Below are positions 59,389 to 64,000 of a stretch of DNA of 64,000 nt, piece after piece. Both the position numbers and the translations under genes were made by a program. The stretch lies in the NCBI GenBank assembly GCA_963702845.1, contig OY969763.1, forward strand, positions 320,001 through 384,000, given 5' to 3'. The notes beneath the pieces were generated by a model. It made no database searches, had not been told where the DNA came from, and saw only the letters and a list, made by a program, of their open reading frames with translations. This stretch comes from an uncultured Verrucomicrobiae bacterium (GTDB lineage: Bacteria; Verrucomicrobiota; Verrucomicrobiia; Limisphaerales; Palsa-1400). Numbering within the stretch: position 1 is the stretch's first letter; every line of letters begins with the position of its first letter.

Positions 59389-61913
59389 TGAATCGGCTGA
59401 CTCGATGTTTGATCGCGGCGCTTGCTTGCGTTTGCATTTCTACATTCGGAACACAACTGCCCGGCCCTCTGCCTGACGGCGGTGTTCAATTGCCCAACCA
59501 ATGGCAATTGCGTCCAGCGGGAAAACAAATTCCTCTCGACAACTACCCGGTCAACATTGCGATGCATCCGAGCGGCAAGCAGGCCATCGTTTTGCATTCC
59601 GGTTATGGTCCACACGAGTTGGTGGTCGTTGATCTTCAGTCGGAAACAGTCACGCAACACGTTGCGCTAAGCGAAGCGTTTTATGGCGTTGTCGTTTCGG
59701 CCGATGGTAAACAGGCTTATTGCAGTGGTGCGGGAGATGAAGTCGTGCACCGATACGATTTCGTGCGCGGACAGTTGACCAATGGCACTTCGATCAAAAT
59801 TCACGACAAAGTTCTTCGGGGAGTGCCGAGCGGGCTCGCCTTGAATAAGGCGCAAAATCATTTGTTCGTCGCAAATGTTTGGGGCGATTGCATCAGTGCC
59901 GTTGACCTTCCGTCGGAGAAGGTGATCGATATTCTTTTAGGCACGCGGCCGTTATCGAAGACGCTCAATCCCGTTATCCCGTCTGAGAAATTCGACACTG
60001 CCGAAGGCGCGGAGCGGCGCTTTGAAATCGGTTTTTACGAAACGTCACCAGACGATTCTTGCCCATATACGTGCCTCTTGGATGAAAAAACGCATCGCCT
60101 GTATGTCAGCCAATGGGCACAGGCGTCGGTGCGAGTGATTGATTCTAACTCTCTCAAGCCAATCGCCGCATGGCGTTGCGAAGAGCATCCATGCGAAATG
60201 GCGCTGACGCGCAATGGCAGTTTGCTCTATGTGGCTAACGCAAATCTGAACACGGTGACTGTGTTCGACACAAAGTTTGGCCGCGCAATCGAAACGTTGT
60301 CGGCGAGCCTGTATGCCAGTTCACCTCCCGGGTCCACACCGAACAGCCTCGCCCTTTCGCCCGATGAAAAAACTCTCTACGTCGCCAACGCAACGCTCAA
60401 TGCGATTGCTGTTTTTGATGTCAGCACTAAAGGCAAAGGCCGTTCACTGGGTTTTATTCCTGTCGGGTGGTATCCGACGTCTGTTCGAGTGACGCCCGAT
60501 GGCAAACGTCTGATCGTCGCGAACGCGTGCGGCGTGACGGCTAAACCGAACTACGTTCACGGCGAAAGACTCAAAATCCAAACCTTGTTCCCAGGCACCT
60601 TGGACATCATCGATCTTCCGCATGGGAAAGATGCTGAAGGGCAATTTTCCAAATGGACCGCTGAGGTTTATCAGTGCTCGCCGTTGAAAGATAAAGCTGC
60701 GGCACCTCCGCCGTCGTCCCCCGACAATCCGGTTCCCGCTCGAGTTGGCGATGCCAGCCCGATTAAATTCGTTCTCTACATCGTCAAAGAGAATCGCACT
60801 TACGATCAAGTGCTAGGCGACATGAAGGAAGGAAATGGCGAGCCGAAGATTTGCATTTTCGGCGAGCAGGTCACCCCGAACCAACACAAGATTTCGCGTG
60901 AATTCGTTCTGCTCGATAATTTTTACGCGGACGCGGAAGTCAGTGCCGACGGTCACGAATGGAGCATGGGCGCGTATTGCACTGATTTCGTCGAGAAGAT
61001 GTGGCGTATGAATTATGGCCACAACCGAAACGGCAAGTTCCCTTACGCAGCGGAAGGCTATTTTGAAATCGCCACGCCAGCGGGAGGTTATTTGTGGGAT
61101 ACGGCCAAACGCGCTGGCGTGAGCTATCGCAGTTACGGTGAGTTCGTCAGCTACGATCAACCGGCTGATAAACCCGCCCGCCCGCGTGTGAAATCGTTGG
61201 ACGGTCACATCGATCCAATGTACCGCGCGTTCGACATGAGCTATCGCGACGTCGATCGCACCAAGCGTTGGATCTCGGAATTTAATCGGCTGGAAAAAGC
61301 CGGTGAAATGCCGCGCCTGCAGATCATTCGTTTACCGGGAGATCACACGCATGGAACCAGCCCGAGATTCCAGTCCCCGGCCGCGTTCGTCGCCGAAAAT
61401 GATTATTGCGTGGGACAAATTTGTGAAACGGTAAGCAAGTCGTCGCTTTGGCCGCAAACGGCTATTTTCATTATTGAAGATGACGCTCAAAGCGGCTCCG
61501 ATCACGTCGATGCTCATCGAACTACGGCTTATGTCGTGAGTCCGTATACGCGTTTGGGGAAGACGGATTCGACGATGTATTCGACCAGTAGCATGTTGCG
61601 CACAATGGAACTCATTCTCGGCATGCAACCGATGAGCCAATTCGATGCAGCGGCGCGTCCGATGTATAATTCGTTCCAGGCAAAAGCAGACGTGCGTCCA
61701 TACGAGATCGTTCAACCGCAAATGGACATTAACCAAAAAAATGTCGCGGGCGCTTACGGTTCTGATTTCAAATTCAACTTCGCCAAAGAAGACGCGTGCG
61801 ATGACATTCTGCTGAACGATGTTATTTGGAAATCGGTGCGAGGTCGCGATTCAGTAATGCCCGCGCCGGTTCACGCTGCGTTTGTCTACAGTCATGTCGC
61901 TGACAACGACTAG
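59388..61913 (+). CDS. YVTN/YncE beta-propeller fused to a phosphoesterase/alkaline phosphatase-like domain
   Basis: PVGWYP, IVKENRTYDQVLGD, SADGH.W, EDDAQ.G.DHVD.HR. Confidence 0.88.
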   Translation: MNRLTRCLIAALACVCISTFGTQLPGPLPDGGVQLPNQWQLRPAGKQIPLDNYPVNIAMHPSGKQAIVLHSGYGPHELVVVDLQSETVTQHVALSEAFYGVVVSADGKQAYCSGAGDEVVHRYDFVRGQLTNGTSIKIHDKVLRGVPSGLALNKAQNHLFVANVWGDCISAVDLPSEKVIDILLGTRPLSKTLNPVIPSEKFDTAEGAERRFEIGFYETSPDDSCPYTCLLDEKTHRLYVSQWAQASVRVIDSNSLKPIAAWRCEEHPCEMALTRNGSLLYVANANLNTVTVFDTKFGRAIETLSASLYASSPPGSTPNSLALSPDEKTLYVANATLNAIAVFDVSTKGKGRSLGFIPVGWYPTSVRVTPDGKRLIVANACGVTAKPNYVHGERLKIQTLFPGTLDIIDLPHGKDAEGQFSKWTAEVYQCSPLKDKAAAPPPSSPDNPVPARVGDASPIKFVLYIVKENRTYDQVLGDMKEGNGEPKICIFGEQVTPNQHKISREFVLLDNFYADAEVSADGHEWSMGAYCTDFVEKMWRMNYGHNRNGKFPYAAEGYFEIATPAGGYLWDTAKRAGVSYRSYGEFVSYDQPADKPARPRVKSLDGHIDPMYRAFDMSYRDVDRTKRWISEFNRLEKAGEMPRLQIIRLPGDHTHGTSPRFQSPAAFVAENDYCVGQICETVSKSSLWPQTAIFIIEDDAQSGSDHVDAHRTTAYVVSPYTRLGKTDSTMYSTSSMLRTMELILGMQPMSQFDAAARPMYNSFQAKADVRPYEIVQPQMDINQKNVAGAYGSDFKFNFAKEDACDDILLNDVIWKSVRGRDSVMPAPVHAAFVYSHVADND

Positions 61914-63466
61914 TTCTTCCAATCGTCGGTGCGAAATGGCGTCGCTGGAAGGCCTGCGCCATTATATAAGCTGAATTCAGGATTGGCGGCCCACGCGTAA
62001 CGCACCGCTATCGGATGCTGGACGTCCGGATGAGAGATGATGACGTTGTTTCCCTCGATTTTGGCATTCGCGCGAGTCCATTTATGATCTGCACCGGCGA
62101 TCGCAAATCCTTTCAGGGCCTGGCCATTTGTCGTCAGGCCGCCATTCGCATATTTGAATGAAACGACGACGTTGCTGCCTTTGATTCTGAAACCAGTCGG
62201 TAACGGCCCGGAAGCAATAGCGCCCTTGTCACTGTAAACATCCGAGAGCGCCCACATCGCCAGACGCTTGCCGACGTCTTGTTTGTTTTTTGGATGGATA
62301 TCCCTCGCGTCGCCGAGCCCTAGAGTGATTGCCATTCCAGTGTGAGAAACGTTTAACGTTTTGAGCATTTCGTCGCGAACGGTTGGCCAGCCGCCCGGCT
62401 CGACGGGTTCGCGTTGCGGTTCCAGAAACTCAGGCAGCTGCACCCAGGCAAATGGAAAATCGTAGCTCCAACGCGCGCGCCAGTCCGCGATCATCGTTCT
62501 GAGCTGCAGACCATAGATTGTTGGGAATTTCCCGACCGCATTGTTTTCGCCCTGATACCAAACAGCACCGCGAATGGCATATGGAATCAAAGGTGAAATC
62601 ATGCCATTGTAGAGATTCGCTGGAAAATTTTGGTTAAGACGCGGGTTCGTTGGCTTTTGCGGCTCGCGCGGCGGAGTCGTGTGTTCACGCTTGGCTTTCT
62701 TCACAGCCGCGACCCAACGCGTTTTTTGTTGTTCGTAGTCCGCAGTCGCTTTGGCTTCGTCCCAATTCTTGGAGGTAAGTTCGAACCAATCAGCCGAGAT
62801 CGTGAGGAATTCGGGCAAAGGCGTTTGTGCATTCATACTGGTCCACGCTTCGATGGCCGTTCCGCCCCAGGACGAATTGATCAGGCCGACAGGCACCTTA
62901 AGATGTTGATGGATTTCGCGGCCAAAAAAGTAAGCCACGGCCGAAAATTTTCCAACGGATTCCGGAGAGCATATCACCCATGCGCCGGTGCACTCGGATT
63001 GCGCCGTCGCGCGGGAATTTGGTCCAACGGTGAACATTCGGATCGATGGAAAATTGGCCGTTGCTTTTTCAGCATCGAAATTCTTGCTGCTTTCGACAGT
63101 CATGCCCATGTTGGATTGGCCCGAACAAAGCCAGACTTCGCCGATCAATACATCGTGCACCAAGATTTTATTTTTGCCCTCAACGCTCAACGTGGTGGGT
63201 GCGCCGGTTTTGAGCTTTTTTAGTTTCACCATCCATTTTCCATGCTTATCGGCCCGCGTGCGTTGAACCTGCTCCTCTATTTTGATGGTCACTTCCTCAC
63301 CTGGATCGGCCCAACCCCAAACTGGAACAGTGACATCGCTCTGCAAAACCATATGGTCGCTGAACATCGCCGGCAGCCGGACATCGGCAAATACATTTGT
63401 CGCGGCGAGAATGAACGTGATTACGGTTGCATACCAGCAAGCGCCATAGTGTTGCGAGGTCCTCAT
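61910..63466 (-). CDS. Sialate O-acetylesterase family (SGNH) protein
   Basis: MVLQ, GEVWLCSGQSNM, WGGT.IEAW, WYQGE.N, DIHP.NK, VRYAW, PFRTD. Confidence 0.93.
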   Translation of the reverse strand: MRTSQHYGACWYATVITFILAATNVFADVRLPAMFSDHMVLQSDVTVPVWGWADPGEEVTIKIEEQVQRTRADKHGKWMVKLKKLKTGAPTTLSVEGKNKILVHDVLIGEVWLCSGQSNMGMTVESSKNFDAEKATANFPSIRMFTVGPNSRATAQSECTGAWVICSPESVGKFSAVAYFFGREIHQHLKVPVGLINSSWGGTAIEAWTSMNAQTPLPEFLTISADWFELTSKNWDEAKATADYEQQKTRWVAAVKKAKREHTTPPREPQKPTNPRLNQNFPANLYNGMISPLIPYAIRGAVWYQGENNAVGKFPTIYGLQLRTMIADWRARWSYDFPFAWVQLPEFLEPQREPVEPGGWPTVRDEMLKTLNVSHTGMAITLGLGDARDIHPKNKQDVGKRLAMWALSDVYSDKGAIASGPLPTGFRIKGSNVVVSFKYANGGLTTNGQALKGFAIAGADHKWTRANAKIEGNNVIISHPDVQHPIAVRYAWAANPEFSLYNGAGLPATPFRTDDWKN

Positions 63467-63647
63467 ATTGGTTCGGGATTTGATGTGCGAAACTGTGGCC
63501 GAAATTTCACTTCAGCGAAATAGTTTTGTGGAGTTGCCTTCTAATGTTCGTTGTCTTTATGCCCTATGGAGGATCGAATGAGCGTTTTTCACCTGAAATT
63601 ATTGATTTTCTTTGAAGAAGAACGCTGGCCGTGCCATCAAAGAGGGG

Positions 63648-64000
63648 ATGCCATCCGCTCCCTTTAGACGAAGTGTTCCTGCTGTTTTAGTTTTGGTCGT
63701 GGTTTGTTGGTTTTTTCGCTCGCTTGCAGCAGCCGAAGCAGCCCCATCAGGTTCGGCACTGCCGAAAGTTCAGCCGGGCTGGAAGGTTTCGCTCGTTGCC
63801 GAACCGCCCCAATTGATTCATCCGAGCGTGGTGTGTTGTGTGCCGGATGGTCGGGTCTTTGTTGCGCAGGACCCGATTGATATGGGGTTGCCGAGTAATT
63901 CTTCTGGCGACAGCATCCTGTGCTTTCATCCCGATGGGCATGTCACTCTTTTTGCGACGAATCTCCACGCCGTGTTTGGTCTGGCCTATATCGATGGGAA
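63648..64000 (+). CDS. PVC-type membrane-bound dehydrogenase-like beta-propeller protein, N-terminal part (truncated by window end)
   Basis: Own translation: signal peptide, then PKVQPGWKVSLVAEPPQLIHPSVVCCVPDGRVFVAQDP...TLFATNL..VFGL; not in ORF track because there is no stop in the window. Confidence 0.7.
   Translation, partial: MPSAPFRRSVPAVLVLVVVCWFFRSLAAAEAAPSGSALPKVQPGWKVSLVAEPPQLIHPSVVCCVPDGRVFVAQDPIDMGLPSNSSGDSILCFHPDGHVTLFATNLHAVFGLAYIDG

Overview
Bacterial chromosomal DNA whose gene content points to Verrucomicrobiota (Pedosphaera-like; an inference): an exosortase with PEP-CTERM proteins, a prepilin/H-X9-DG protein, a DUF1080 pair and a PVC-type dehydrogenase. From left to right it carries an exosortase locus (beta-barrel, exosortase, TPR lipoprotein), secreted Kelch/GH20/NHL proteins, scpAB, a BatD-BatE-like fusion, GH78, a vanadium haloperoxidase, a duplicated PEP-CTERM pair, yebC-modE followed by a pseudopilin/secreted protein/TupA-like operon, uvrA, a suf operon without sufB, and a purine-catabolism cluster (fused xdhAB, ade, guaD). 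The most novel-looking signals are: (1) a ModE-box-controlled operon joining a type IV pilin-like H-X9-DG protein, a secreted protein and a tungstate/molybdate-binding-like lipoprotein, with no adjacent ABC permease; (2) an unannotated ~120-nt sRNA candidate with promoter, long stem, anti-Shine-Dalgarno loop and terminator; (3) short heptamer/octamer/REP repeats inserted in frame in proteins, one forming a signal peptide; (4) a shared C-terminal domain on unrelated secreted proteins; (5) Kelch propellers inserted twice inside Ig-like domains. Four single-base insertions break three genes and are probably sequencing errors. No rRNA, tRNA, CRISPR array or transposase was seen. All family assignments are from motif recognition by eye; no database search was run.
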